NCBI GenBank assembly: GCA_964016885.1
Contig: OZ024743.1
Span: forward strand, 232,562,001 to 232,626,000
Direction: 5' to 3'
From: Eledone cirrhosa
Lineage: Eukaryota
DNA length: 64,000 nucleotides
Shown: piece by piece, positions 1 through 13,855 of the stretch
Layout: each line of letters opens with the position of its first letter
Numbering within the stretch: the first letter of the stretch is position 1
The notes under the pieces: generated by a model
The model's input: the letters and a program-made list of their open reading frames with translations, nothing else
Told to the model about the DNA's origin: nothing
Databases searched by the model: none
Program-made: the position numbers and the translations under genes

Positions 1-1070
1 ATAATCTGTAGGTTCTCGAGTGATGCCGGAGGTATTCACAGTTAAAAAAAGGCACTCTATATACTGGTAGAGTATAGGCATATTTACTATATATAGAAAT
101 ATGATATACGAGGTGTATCAGAAGAGTAACAGGACTTAGGGTGCTGAGTGAGCTAAGGTGGGGTAGGGAATAGCTGGTTGAGTCACCGTGGAGTACTGGT
201 TTGCAGCTGAAGCGACAAAGTTGGGAGTGGTTAATGAATTGCAGCACATAGTTCCCCAGATTATGGATTTACCTCCTCCAAATGGGAAGAGAGTTATGCC
301 TTTGGAGCACATACTACTACGACGGTCAAGGTCAGTGGGCTCCAGATGTGAGGGCAAGCGGGCCGCGTCCAGGCTCTATCTGATTATGTCAGTGGCGTAT
401 CGATGGAATCGAACTCTGCTCTGGTTGCAGGATAGACGGTACAGACCGACACTTCAGCAACGGTCCACAACGGCATTTGTGTGTTTCACACACGCGGAGG
501 CCGACGTGCTGTCCGATTTTAAATGCTACTGATGCCAGGCAGAATGATGCGAATGCACTCACCATCAAGAAGGGTGCCGGTAGATGAAGAGAGCAACGAA
601 TTCAGTCTCACACAGCTGTTTCAACCGAGGCGAAACAGAGGCAGATGAGACGGTGTTATTCCATGGGAGACTTGTTTTTGCTGAACGTTGCCCTATATTT
701 CATGTTGTCCCAGTTCCGTTGGAGTCTGTACACTGAGTATCGTCGAAGCCTGGTTCTACCGACTTGCGTAAGAACACGCTGAGAAGTGTGCCGCTGGCGA
801 TTAAAGGTAAGGAAGCCGACAGTGCTAGGTCAGATGTACCTCGGAAGTCAAGGCTGGAGGTTTCACAGGGAGTTTCGTATTGCCAGCCGGCACTGGCGAA
901 TCTAACATTGCAAATGAGTTCATCACAGCGTGGGATGGTGGTGTCGACTTCAACAAGGTGATCTGTATGAGGATGACAAGACGCACCACGCTCACTGCGT
1001 GGTGCGCCTTGTCAAGGGAGCTTGAGAAGTTCAAAACAGTTCCGGATGCGCGTCAATGAGGGGCAATCTC
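1..1070 (-). mobile_element. Degenerate non-LTR retrotransposon with a restriction-like endonuclease (CRE-like), 3' part
   Basis: Broken minus-strand frames read ICNVRF..GWQ..DLALSA, then HKCRCG, then PSHLEPTDLDR..GITLFPF.GGKSIIW. This matches the HxCxCG zinc knuckle and PSxLEP..RPDGxTLxPWxxGKxLxWD motifs of CRE-type elements. Many stops and frameshifts. Confidence 0.6.
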
Positions 1071-1223
1071 CCCAACTAACCAAATGAGTTTTATTTTTCA
1101 ACATAGTCCATGAAAAGAAATAATTCAGTTATCAATAAGAAGAGTTAAAATTAATGCATGATAGATTTCACAACACTGGCATCAATCCTTCATAGAACTT
1201 TTCAGCCGACCGTCCTATATATA

Positions 1224-1420
1224 GTGAAGGCGTGTGGCTTAGTGATTGGAGAACTGAATTCGCAATCGTGACGTTGCGAGTTCGAATCCCGAAGCGGGTA
1301 ATGCATTATGTCCTTGAACATGACACTTTATTTTACGTTGCTGTGTATACCAGGAGTTGCGACCGGTAGATAGTATCAGTAATAGAAATACCAACGGAAT
1401 CACTGTAAGCGAATGAGGTC
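1224..1420 (+). mobile_element. tRNA-derived SINE (second family)
   Basis: A box TGGCTTAGTG and B box GTTCGAATCC, followed by TGTCCTTGAACATGACACTT, a typical SINE body motif. Short (TA)n on both sides. Confidence 0.7.
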
Positions 1421-1476
1421 TGGGAAATTGTCGATCGTTTTCATATATATATAACAACTCCACATTATTATATTAC

Positions 1477-1539
1477 CCAGTGCATAAAGTACCAGTAATG
1501 CACTGGGGAATTGCTGGCCTTCTGCCTAAAGTAGAAACA
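1477..1539 (+). mobile_element. 5'-truncated copy of the main SINE with a 5' snap-back duplication
   Basis: Matches the SINE 3' end (AAAGTACCAGTAATGCACTGG...GTAGAAAC). TSD ATTATTATATTAC at 1464-1476 and 1540-1552. Confidence 0.8.
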
Positions 1540-1772
1540 ATTATTATATTACACGACATATTCCAGAGACATATTATTAAATGTTGTTGAAACACTGAAA
1601 ATCTAGTTTCGATGTCATAACTTTCTTAGCGGGAGAACGTAGTTTTAATCAAAAATAGAGGTCTAGCTTCTTCAATGAATTTGTATATCGCGATTGAGAA
1701 ATTTACTTACATCAACCATATGTCAGCTGTCAACAGATAAAAGAAAATCCCAAAAGTATTATTGTCTAGCGA

Positions 1773-2127
<355 letters not shown>

Positions 2128-2159
2128 GGGATAACAAGTTATCGTTATAGGTATCTACG

Positions 2160-2268
2160 TACTCTGGTGTGTTGACCAGTTGTAAACAATGTATTGGAGA
2201 TCGATTTACGCAACCTCAAGCGATTAGCGAACTCTAGACACACCTGGTCAACGAAACAATTGTCAGTA
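2160..2268 (+). ncRNA. Hammerhead ribozyme relic (type I) in a pLTR remnant (2128-2322; partial copy at 5596-5732)
   Basis: TACT-CTGGTGT (mutated CTGATGA)-GTTGACCAG...CTGGTCAAC-GAAA-CAATTG-TC-AGTA. Perfect 9-bp stem II, palindromic stem III, GUC site. Confidence 0.7.
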
Positions 2269-2349
2269 GTTTAAATAAAGCCCTTATTATGCAGCCAAAC
2301 ATGTTACTCTTCTTTCTTTAACTATATATGTATATATATATATATATGT

Positions 2350-5274
2350 AAAAGGTAAACATAAATAACACAATCGGTACAGTATATGGAAGGGATATAT
2401 TAGGTTAACGCTTGATATAGCAGGAAGAGCGTCTTAACGTTTCGAACGCTAGTCCTTCATAAGAAGAAAGAATGAGAAATAAGATAGATTGGCAGCACGG
2501 GCGGGTTGGAATTAGAAAAAATGTCTTTAAATAAAAATAACAAGTCCATTCATGTTGACATCTCTTGCAAAACTGTTGGTGCTGGCGTTTTGTGTATGAT
2601 TTATTTTTTAGAAAAGTGGATGATGGCCGGCGTCTACCTAAAAGGGAAAAAAACGTTTTGTAAAAAGAGCTATACTTGTGCACGTGCGTAAGCATGTGTG
2701 TGTGTGTGTGTGTGTGCGTTTGTGTGGGTGGGGTGGGGGTTATTATACGTCCGTACGAAGCTAAGAAGAAATGTGTGTGTATATGTGAGTAAAAGAGTGT
2801 GTGTGTGTATGTAAGTACGAAGCTATGAGCAAAAGTATGTTAATATAAGGGTGTGTATGTGTGAATACAGAGTAGTGAAGGAAAAAGTGGAGTGCGCATA
2901 CATAGTCTGCCTGTATTAGTTGTAAGAGAAGATGTTAATGATCAAGAGAAAGCGATAGGAATCTAAGGGTGTGATAATGGACAGGGTATTAGAAAAATTG
3001 GGGAGGTGAGTTAAGTCCAAGAAGGGAATAGGACCTGAATCAGTTTTGTTCAGTCCTGGTGCGAGAGGGCTGTGATCCATGATGGTAAAAGGACACCCAT
3101 GACTGAAACATGTAGGGAAGAATGACCAGGAGAAGAGAAATGACGGGCGACAGGAGTATCCAAACCGAGTCGCATGATCCTCAAATGCTCGGCAAAACGG
3201 CCCGCCATACGGCGTCTCGTTTGTCCGCTATATAAAGACCCGCAAAGGGAACACCAGAGGGCATAGTCAACGTGGGTGGATGTGAAGGTGAACGAATGGA
3301 GGATACGGAAAGACCCGTTAGGGCCTGTAAGAGTGGTGAGGGTGGAAATTGAGGGACAAGTGTTGCAGCGGGGACGGGAACAAGGATGAGAGCCGGGTGG
3401 AGTCATAGAAGAAGACGAGAAGGAACTACGAACCAGGAGGTCGGAGAGGTTGCAGGTCGCGCTTAAAAGCAGTAATGGGTGGGTTGGGGAAAAAGCGAGA
3501 AGTGACGGGGTCAGAAGAGAGGATGCGAAAAGAACGGAGGAGTTGTCGCCGGGTGATAGGTGAGGGGGAAAGAAACGCGGGTGTTGGGAGGGTGGGGATG
3601 AGATGAGAGGGCTGTGGTGCGGTCTGTTTCACGGGCACGGGTGAGAGCGGCTTGGATCAGGGTGGGGGGATTTCCACGCTGGATGAAGCAGGAAGCCATG
3701 CGAAGGCATTGGGTTTCGAAATCGTCGTCCTGGCACAGAGCCGACGAAGACGGAGCAATTGTGAATAGGGTATGGAGTGTTTGGTGTGGATTCGATGGGA
3801 GGAGGTGAAGTCGAGGTAAGATTGTGAGGATGGAAGTAGAGAGGGTCTGGTGAGAGTGATTAATAGATAGAGAAATATCTAGAAAAGCGATAGAAGAATA
3901 GGAGACGGAGGCGGTGAAATTGAGAGCAGGATGGAAAGATAGGACAAAAGAAAGAAAGCAGTCGAGCTGTTCTCGTGATAGAGAGGTGGCACCGATATAA
4001 TCGTCGATATACCGACCGTATAGCTCAGGAGTCGGTCCAGCGTAATGGGAAAAGATCTGGGCTTCGACGTAGCCAACAAACATGTTGACATAGTTTAGAC
4101 CCATTCTGGTTCCCATCGCTATCCCAGAGACCTGTTGATAAAATTCACCCGAAAAACAAAATCCATTGAGGGTGAGAACAAGCTCAGCCAGACGGAGAAG
4201 GGTGGTAGTGCTGAGGTAAGGGGTAGGACTAAAAAATGCTGGAGAGCGTGGAGGCTATCATCATCAGGGATGACGGTATGGAGAGAGGTGATGTCAAGGG
4301 TAAAGAGAAAGCGGGAGGGACCAGGAGGGAAGGAGGAGTTGAAGAACCTAAGTGCATGATTTGTATCGTGGATATGGAAGGGGAGATGCTGACCAACGGG
4401 GCGAGGATGGTGTCTGAATATTCAGAAATTATCTCGGTGGGGCAGTTGCACGCAGAAACGATAGGTCGGCCGGGATTATTCTGTTTGTGTAATTATGTAG
4501 GAAGTAGATGGCGGGTGTGCGAGTGGTGTGTACAATAAGATTTGTGGCTGTGGGGGGTAGGATAGACGAGGAGATGAGTTCGTGGATGGTGGAGGACACG
4601 AGTTGCTGATAGCCAGGAGTGGGGTCGGAGGATAAAGGGCGATACATGAGGGTATTATGAAGCTGGCGGAGAGCCTCAGCCCTGTAGAGGTCAGCGCTCC
4701 AAACCACCACAGCGCCACCTTTGTCGGCGGGTTTGATGACAATGTCATCGCGACACCGAAGGTTGCAAAGAGCGGAGAGCTCAGTTCGAGTGATATTAGA
4801 GCGAGGAGAATGTTGGTAGAAACGGAACCGATTCACAGTACGCCGGCAAGTATCGACAAAGGAGTCGAAGGTGCTGAACTGGTCAGAGCCCGGCTGCCAA
4901 TGTGATTGCCGGCGACTGAGTCAAGTGAAGTCATCTGCCGATGAGGGCGTGTCGTGAAAAAAAGCTTTCAGCTTTAATCGACGGAAGAAACCTTCAATAT
5001 CGGCACGTGTGCGGAACTCGTCGCAGGTAGATGTGGTTGGTATAAAACGCAAACCACGAGCGAGGAGCGAGCGCTCAGCTTCGGTCAGTGGTAGGTCCTG
5101 GGGTATGGTGACTACAGTGCAGAGACGTGAGGGAGTGAAAGAGGCGGAGGCGGAACGGTTAAGGTGGTTGGGCAAAGCGTGTGCAGATTCAGTGGAAAGG
5201 GTGTGGTAGGTGATAGACGGGTTAGGGTTGGAGGTGTTATGAGTATGGGTGGTAACGGCAGGCGGGGAGTGGAT

Positions 5275-5275
<1 letters not shown>
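2350..5275 (-). mobile_element. Penelope-like element, Neptune-like (RT + GIY-YIG), decayed, with 3' pLTR
   Basis: Motifs IKPADKGGAVVVW, MGTRMG..Y.N.FVG, RYIDD, CSRPRCNTC linker and LYSGQTRRR. The ORF (~2989-5275) is broken by frameshifts. (TA)n at both ends. Confidence 0.92.
2432..2464 (-). ncRNA. Minimal hammerhead in the Neptune pLTR (G5 mutated)
   Basis: Minus strand CTTATGA-A-GGAC-TAGC-GTTC-GAAA-CG-TT. Same architecture as 32183-32210. Confidence 0.65.
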
Positions 5276-5323
<48 letters not shown>

Positions 5324-5418
5324 AAAAGAGTCAGGATCCCGACTGCTGTGGTCCGGCCGTTTCGATAGCTACATCCGATCTAAAGCACCAGTATTCGATC
5401 GAATATCCGACTCATTAG

Positions 5419-5539
<121 letters not shown>

Positions 5540-5727
5540 ATATATATATATATATATATATTAATAGAGTGAGAGAGAGAGAGAGAGAAACACACACTGT
5601 ATTTAAGGTCAAGTGACGCAAATTCGAGTGATCAGCGGCCTTTAGACCCACCTGATCAATGAAACAATTGTTAATACTGTAAATAAACTCCTTGTTGTAC
5701 AGCTGACCATGTTATTCTTCACTCTTT

Positions 5728-5766
<39 letters not shown>

Positions 5767-5768
<2 letters not shown>

Positions 5769-7448
5769 AATAAAGATTAAGCGAAAATCGCATTTTAGGC
5801 GGGCAGGAAAAGCGAAGCGAGACGCAACAATCAGAAATTATACTGGCAAAGTGCTCAATAGTTAAAAACCAGAGCTAAACAATGTGTTAAAAAGCCATAC
5901 AAAACTGAATAGGTGGTCAAGAAAGCATTAACCACCCAAGCCAAAAACCAAATCAAGCTAAACAGGTCAAAACAAAATAAATGATAAAAAATAAGTGATA
6001 ACCAGACCTGGACTCCCGCAATTGCTGTTAAAATCCGGTGTATATTTTATGTGACACCTAAATCAAAATACAGTCTGCTTAAAAATATAAGCTTTGTGTA
6101 TAACGATCGAACAAGGAATATCACGTTATCAACAGATATTTCGCTCTGTACCAAATAAGTAAATGACACGGTGGTAAGTTAAACCATGTGTGGAAATCAC
6201 AAGGGGAATAACCCCAGATTTTGGCAAAGTAATTCAGTTAGTGTAAATCATGCGAAAAATAGCATAAAAATAGCACAAATCGAATAAGTTCTCAACCAAG
6301 TAGTTTAAAATAAACTTATACAATTAACCTGTCAATAGAAATTATTAACAAGTTAATTGTAAGACACGGGAGATTAATACAAATAAAGATTAAGCGAGAA
6401 TCGCATTTTAGGCGGGCAGGAAAAGCGAAGCAAAACGCAAAAATCAGAAATTATACTGGCAAAGTGCTCAATAGTTAAAAACCAGAGCTAAACAATGTGT
6501 TAAAAAGCCATACAAAACTGAAAAGGTGGTCAAGAAAGCATTAACCACCCAAGCCAAAAATCAAATCAAGCTAAACAGGTCAAAACAAAATAAATGATTA
6601 AAAAAATAAGTGATAACCAGACCTGGACTCCCGGAATTGCTGTTAAAGTCCGATGTAGAGTTTCTGTGACACCTAAATCAAAATACAGTCTGCTTAAAAA
6701 TATAAGCTTTGTGTATAACGATCGAACAAGGAATATCACGTTATCAACAGGTATTTCACTCTGTACCAAATAAGTGAATGACACGGTGGTAAGTTAAACC
6801 ATGTGTGGAAATCACAAGGGGAATAACCCCAGATTTTGGCAAAGTAATTCAGTTAGTGTAAATCATGCGAAAAATAGCATAAAAATAGCACAAATCGAAT
6901 AAGTTCTCAACCAAGTAGTTTAAAATAAACTTATACAATTAACCTGTCAATAGAAATTATTAACAAGTTAATTGTAAGACACGGGAGATTAATACAAATA
7001 AAGATTAAGCGAGAATCGCATTTTAGGCGGGCAGGAAAAGCGAAGCAAAACGCAAAAATCAGAAATTATACTGGCAAAGTGCTCAATAGTTAAAAACCAG
7101 AGCTAAACAATGTGTTAAAAAGCCATACAAAACTGAAAAGGTGGTCAAGAAAGCATTAACCACCCAAGCCAAAAATCAAATCAAGCTAAACAGGTCAAAA
7201 CAAAATAAATGATTAAAAAAATAAGTGATAACCAGACCTGGACTCCCGGAATTGCTGTTAAAGTCCGATGTAGAGTTTCTGTGACACCTAAATCAAAATA
7301 CAGTCTGCTTAAAAATATAAGCTTTGTGTATAACGATCGAACAAGGAATATCACGTTATCAACAGGTATTTCACTCTGTACCAAATAAGTGAATGACACG
7401 GTGGTAAGTTAAACCACGTGTGAAAATCACAAGGGGAATAACCCCAGA
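5767..7448. repeat. Non-coding tandem array, ~615-bp unit x 2.7, inserted in (TA)n; diverged partial relative at 57366-57588
   Basis: Units start at 5767, 6380 and 6995. Units 2 and 3 are nearly identical and unit 1 is more diverged. (TA)n at both ends. Confidence 0.95.
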
Positions 7449-7590
7449 TATATATATACATATATATGTAGGAGGTGAGTTTTATTGTAGTACAATAAAG
7501 CAATGCAGATATCGGATAAGAAGCACTCTACAGTTTGTGGGACTGGAGTATGCATAATATAAGATCAAAAGATGGTAAAGGAGTTCCATA

Positions 7591-7661
7591 TATTTTATTA
7601 TGCGCATTTCAAAAACAAACATCATCATGCAATAATATTTGTGTTTTCATCAGATAAAATA
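7591..7661 (-). ncRNA. Type I hammerhead ribozyme
   Basis: Reverse complement of 9810-9880. Confidence 0.85.
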
Positions 7662-9809
7662 GGAGAACATGATATGAAGGCTAAAAAACACTTGTGGATA
7701 GTGCAGTTTTAAATCAACATATGAAAAGTGGTTTTAGATTGATGTGTGATATTGGGAAAAATATTTTATTTAGAGAGGGGGGGAGGATGAAAAGGGAAGG
7801 GGATGAGAGGGAGAGATGGGTGATAGAGAGAAAGAGATAGTTTTTATAACTGAGAGGAGATATATTTTTTACATAGAGAGGTTGAAAACCGTTGGAAGAT
7901 ACTGTATAAATTAAAAATTTTGAAAATTAACGAAGGGAGGATATGTGCGAGGAAAAAATATTTTATTTAGGGAGGGGGGGGAAGGATGAAAAAAAGGGGG
8001 AGGAGATGAGAGTGAAGGTGGAGAGGGAGAGATGGGTGATAGAGAGAAAGAGATAGTTTTTATAACTGAGAAAAAGATATATTGTTTTAATATAGAGAGG
8101 TTGGGAACCGTTGGAAGATAATGTATAAATTAAAGGAATTTGAAAATTAACGAAGGGAAATTATGTATGAAGATAGAGAGAAAAAAATAATAATTGTGGG
8201 TGAATATTCTAACGTCAAAAAAAAAAGAAATGTATGTATTGTGGCAATTTCAAAATTAGCGAAGAGAAAAATTGTTAAGGTTTGTGTGTAGAAGGATTTG
8301 AGAAAAATAATGTGAAGTTAAAGTTTGTATATTGATTGAATTGATAATATGTGCGAATAAAGAGTTAATATGTATTAATAATGAGTTCGTTGATGGGGAG
8401 AAAAAAATAATAATAAATTAAGGATGAAATTGAGATTAAAAAGATTTATGATAGAGAGAAAAAATAATGATGATTGCGGATGAATATTCTAAACAAATGT
8501 TATGATTTTACAAGGAGATAGAATGAGGGTAATGAGTAAACGAGTATTATAGAGTGTATAATACCCTTTAAAGTAAGGTAGATGGGTATATTTTAAAGAG
8601 GTGTATGTATATGTGCCTTTGAGAAAAGATTCTAAATTGATAAAGAATTGAATATTAACTGTATACTTTGTGAAAAGTTCTATGGAATTTATGCAGGCAG
8701 AGAGAAAACAAATCTGAGCGTCTATTTATTATAGAATCTAGGTTAGAGATAATGGTAAATTTTTCATTTAGGCAGAGATTACAGATTTTAGATAGAGAAC
8801 TGTTCAAGTATGAGGATGCAGAAGAAATTTTTTTCCAAAAGATGGTATGTTTAATGTTTTTGTCTTTTAAGGACCATATGAGTTCTGAGAGAGCAGTGTT
8901 AGTTCTTTTAAGTTTGTATTTGAAAGATGAATGATGATTATAGAGACGAGCTTTAAAAGAGGTGGAAGTGGAGCCAAAATAGGTGAAGGAATTGGTGCTA
9001 GTTATAATTTTACATTCATAAATTAAGTTTTTATCGAGGCAATGGTTGTTGAGAGGACATTTATTTTTAATGCGGCAGTTCCAATTAGAGAGATTATTAA
9101 TGAGTGATCTAGTGTTATCTATAGAAGGAATTGGATTGGAGAAGTTGTTTGCGATAGGAATAATAGGAATAATAGTTTCTTGATTTAGAATTGGATTATG
9201 AACATTTAGCGAAGTTGTGTTTGACGTTGTATTTGGGTTTACAGAAGTTAGCCTAGGGTTTACAATGACGTCGGGAGTACTATTACTGTTATTATGAAAT
9301 TCAATATTTCCCTTCGTTAATTTTCAAATTCCTTTAATTTATACATTATCTTCCAACCGTTCCGAACCTCTCTATATTAAAACAATATATCTTTTTCTCA
9401 GTTATAAAAACTATCTCTTTCTCTCTATCACCCATCTCTCCCTCTCCACCTTCACTCTCATCTCCTCCCCCTTTTTTTCATCCTTTCCCCCCCCCCCTCC
9501 CTAAATAAAATATTTTTTCCTCGCACATATCCTCCCTTCGTTAATTTTCAAAATTTTTAATTTATACAGTATCTTCCAACGGTTTTCAACCTCTCTATGT
9601 AAAAAATATATCTCCTCTCAGTTATAAAAACTATCTCTTTCTCTCTATCACCCATCTTTCCCTCTCATCTCCTTCCCTTTTCATCCTCCCCCCCTCTCTA
9701 AATAAAATATTTTTCCCAATATCACACATCAATCTAAAACCACTTTTCATATGTTGATTTAAAACTGCACTATCCACAAGTGTTTTTTAGCCTTCATATC
9801 ATGTTCTCC

Positions 9810-9880
9810 TATTTTATCTGATGAAAACACAAATATTATTGCATGATGATGTTTGTTTTTGAAATGCGCATAATAAAATA
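9810..9880 (+). ncRNA. Type I hammerhead ribozyme
   Basis: TATTTTAT-CTGATGA-stem II-GAAA-TGCGCA-TA-ATAAAATA. 8-bp stem I, palindromic stem III, AUA site. Confidence 0.85.
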
Positions 9881-9910
9881 TATGGAACTCCTTTAACCAT
9901 CTTTTGATCT

Positions 9911-10078
<168 letters not shown>

Positions 10079-10182
10079 TATTGAAGTTTCCGTTGAAAAT
10101 TGAAAAAGTCATAGGAGTGAAGAGTGCTCTATGTAAGTACCAGAGCAAAATTTAATGTATAATAAACAATACAATATAATTA

Positions 10183-10252
10183 CCTCATTACCAGAGGTTT
10201 CCCGAATAAGACGAATACGAAAGAAACGTCCTCATTCGTTCGTCGGACGAGG
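10183..10252 (-). ncRNA. Hammerhead, family B (extended stem II)
   Basis: CCTCGT-CCGACGA-A-CGAATGAGGACG..CGTCTTATTCG-G-GAAA-CCTCTGG-TA-ATGAGG. Confidence 0.8.
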
Positions 10253-11927
10253 CAATATAAAACATAGCGAAATATTGGGAAAGTCTCCTCAAGAAATGTA
10301 AATAAAATATATATATATATATAAATAAAAGTAATGCAATAGACATATAAAATATATAAAAAAATATAAGGAAATATAGTTAGGTGTGTGTATATGTATG
10401 TATATACACTCACAAATGTACATATGTATGTATGTACAAATGCGTGTGTATGGTGAAAATTTGTGCGTAAATATATATATGAGGGCAAGTATATTTGTGT
10501 ATATGTAACCACAAATACGGATATAATATAAGTTGAAAATAAATTGATAATCTAGTTGACATGTATACAGAAACAGGGTATTAGATACATATAAGAATAT
10601 GAAGGCACGCGTATAAACACACATACACGCGCGATCACTTATATGCGGAAGATAAAGAGGTAAGGGAGTGTAATAGTTAAAAGAAAGTGTCATTCTCGAT
10701 ATATTTATAAAAATGGAACAATATTTAAATGAAAGAGAAAGTATTCAATTAACACTAGAGAAGAGAAAAGAAAAGAAAAGAAAAGAAAACAAACAAGGTA
10801 CACGCGTACATACACATATATCTATGAGAAACATATATCTATAAAAAAAAATATATATATACACGCGATACGTGCAGACAAAAGCGTATGCAAGCGTACA
10901 TACATACACAGGATGCACATATATATATACATACATATCGCCCCATGTATATATAATCACACGTACGAACGCGACTGTATACACACACATATATATATAT
11001 ATATGCACACGCACACATACACACCCATACATACAATACATATATACACACATACACACATACATACATTCACGCACATTGACCCGCTTACATGCACACA
11101 TAAAAATAAGAATATAAAAAAAACATAGATGTAAAAACACAGATATAAAAACACACATACATCCACATATATATACACACACACGCGCACATACAGAGGC
11201 GTTCGTGTACATATACAGAAAGTATACACACATAAAGACGCTCAGACACATAGATACTCTTTGTAAAGCAGCCTTATGAATAAGTCAGTACAAATATAAA
11301 AATATAAAATTGGCTGCGAAATAACAGAAAATATCTGGAGTGGAAAACGCAAGTCACTTGTATAATTAGGTAGTAAAGAAAATAAGGAAGTAAAAAGTGG
11401 AAAGTGAAGATATTAGGTAAGTGAATCGAAGAATAAAGGGGGGGGGGGATTACTGGTGGATGTGAAGTAAAAATAAAAATAAAAATAAAAATAAAAATAA
11501 AAATAAAAATAAAATTTAATAATAAGGTTAAAAATGAAAGTAAATCAGAAAGAGTAGTCTTTAAAGAGAATAATTTAAGTGAAGAATAAGAGCTTATGGA
11601 GGGTAAGTATCTGTTTCTGTATACATGTCAACTAGATTATCAATTTATTTTCAACTTATATTATATCCGTATTTGTGGTTACATATACACAAATATACTT
11701 GCCCTCATATATATATTTACGCACACAATTTCACCATACACACGCATTTGTACATACATATGTACATTTGTGAGTGTATATACATACATATACACACACC
11801 TAACTATATTTCCTTATATTTTTTTATATATTTTATATGTCTATTGCATTACTTTTATTTATATATATATATTTTTTTTTGCATTTCTTGATGAGACTTT
11901 CCAAATATTTCACTATGTTTTATATTG

Positions 11928-11997
11928 CCTCGTCCGACGAACGAAAGAGGACGTTTCTTTCGTATTCGTCTTATTCGGGAAACTTCTGGTAATGAGG
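11928..11997 (+). ncRNA. Hammerhead, family B
   Basis: Inverted copy of 10183-10252 with two substitutions. Confidence 0.75.
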
Positions 11998-12039
11998 TAA
12001 TTATATTGTATTGTTTATTATACATTATATATATATATA

Positions 12040-12735
12040 TATTATTTACACTTATATATACACTATATATAATTATAAACAGGAAAGGTCAGTAATTCAT
12101 TAACACCTTATTACCAGTAAGAAAAATAATCAGATGTAGCTACTGATAAGCATTTACTAAAATAAAACCAATGTAATGGAAAGGAAAACCTTGATATTAA
12201 TACTCACAACACATGCACATTTGAACATTACCGGAACAATTATCACATTGCATCCACCATAAACTTCATAGAAACTGCTTTTTATACCCACGCATCTCTG
12301 TCTGCTTAAAATGCTTTTATACCTGTATTGTATGATGTGATACCTTTGCCATACTGTGATATAAATGCTTAGTACCATTGCTTGTTTCTTACCTGGTTAT
12401 TCTGTACATGCCTAATACCTCTGCACTCCTTCTATAGGTTTGCATATGTACCGCTAATGTCCTCATTTTGCGAGTAACTTTCTTCGTTAATTCCTCTATA
12501 ATTGTTGTATTATTCTTGTATAATCTTTGGCGGATGCACTGATACTGACCACATGACCTTCACTCTTTAAATATGACACTGTCAATGACAACACTAATAT
12601 CTACGTATCTATACTATTGTTATGTGGAATAGGAGGTTAATTATATGTCTGAAATTTCCTATGCTCCGATGAGTTTGGAAGAAACGATTGTCAGCAATAA
12701 AATGCTTTGAACGTAGTATTGATTATTCTGTAACT
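12040..12735 (+). mobile_element. Non-autonomous pLTR-like remnant with an HHR at 12662-12696; relatives at 27850-28015, 34380-34660 and 61100-61320
   Basis: TGCT-CCGATGA-GTTTGGAA (half of stem II deleted)-GAAA-CGATTG-TC-AGCA. The 5' end is an inverted copy of the family tail. Confidence 0.65.
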
Positions 12736-12749
12736 TATATATATACATA

Positions 12750-12885
<136 letters not shown>

Positions 12886-13018
12886 GTGAGGTCTTTTTAC
12901 AAAATGAAAAATAACCGAGGTGTCCTACACGAGTGAAAGTATAAAGAAAAAGAGATGAAATCGAAAATGCAACTGGAGTCTTATATTTTTTTTTTTAAAT
13001 ATATATATTTATTTGGTT

Positions 13019-13056
13019 CCTTTACCGGTTTCACAGTTCTTCTGCTTTTCAAAAGG
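13019..13056 (-). ncRNA. Minimal hammerhead with U3-A8 core
   Basis: CCTT-TTGAAAA-GCAG-AAGAA-CTGT-GAAA-CCGG-TA-AAGG, in a ~200-bp remnant between (TA)n tracts. Confidence 0.7.
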
Positions 13057-13117
13057 TGAGTTGAGATGGAGGGTCTGTGATTTTTCTCACATCTATATAT
13101 ATATATATATATATATA

Positions 13118-13580
13118 GTATAAAAGAGAAAACACAGGTAAGCATTAAGAGAAGGATTTTATCCAGGTATTTACGACCGTTTCATTGGTAAGTGCAACCT
13201 TATATTGCTATACTGCAAATAGCAGCCACTCAATTATAATTGTTGTTCACAGTCCAAATTTTCAAAATAGTAAGTTACTCTTGAAATAATTCTTAATATA
13301 TAGAGAAAAACATTTATTTGGAATTGTATTTACTAGTATAGAGAGAGAGGAATCAGGAGGTGAGGGGCCAGACGGCATAGTATAGAGAGAGAGGAAGGGG
13401 GAAGAGGTAGGAAGTAGAATGACAAACTGAGATGGAGTGAGGGGTAAAGGTGGAAGGATTCTTTGGTCAGTTTTCATAGCAGACTTCATGTCGTGGAGTG
13501 TAGTGTGTTAAAGAGAATTAAATAGATAATAGTGGGAGGGATGGATAGAGAGAGAGAGAGAGGGGGAGATATAAAGATAT
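13118..13580 (-). mobile_element. pLTR remnant family C with a U3-A8 HHR at 13168-13269
   Basis: Reverse complement of 23547-24014. Confidence 0.8.
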
Positions 13581-13700
13581 ATATATATATATTTCGTTTC
13601 TGAATTTGATTAGCAAGATTCTTTATCTGAAATCGTGTGTTGAAACCGATATTGTTATACTTTGGGAGGGTCATGTTGCCAATAAGAAACACACGCACCA

Positions 13701-13743
13701 GTCACTGAAGAGGTCACAGAATGTGTGACGAAAGAACTTTGAC
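13701..13743 (+). ncRNA. Minimal hammerhead, 5' pLTR of family A
   Basis: GTCA-CTGAAGA-G-GTCACA-GAATG-TGTGAC-GAAA-GAAC-TT-TGAC. Confidence 0.85.
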
Positions 13744-13855
13744 AATATATAAACAACTATCTGGTTGTGGAACCAACCAACCAACCAGAAATTTATAAAT
13801 GTATTATAATAAATTGAAGTGAAAGCAACTGGTGCGTGTGTTTCTTATTGGCAAC

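Noticed and set aside
1160-1680. HHR-like motifs on the minus strand near 1160-1210 and 1600-1680, and on the plus strand at 52880-52930
   Set aside because: The cores or stems are too degenerate to support.
6566-7399. Duplicated 72-aa ORFs in the tandem array
   Set aside because: No recognisable motif; the duplication merely reflects the repeat.
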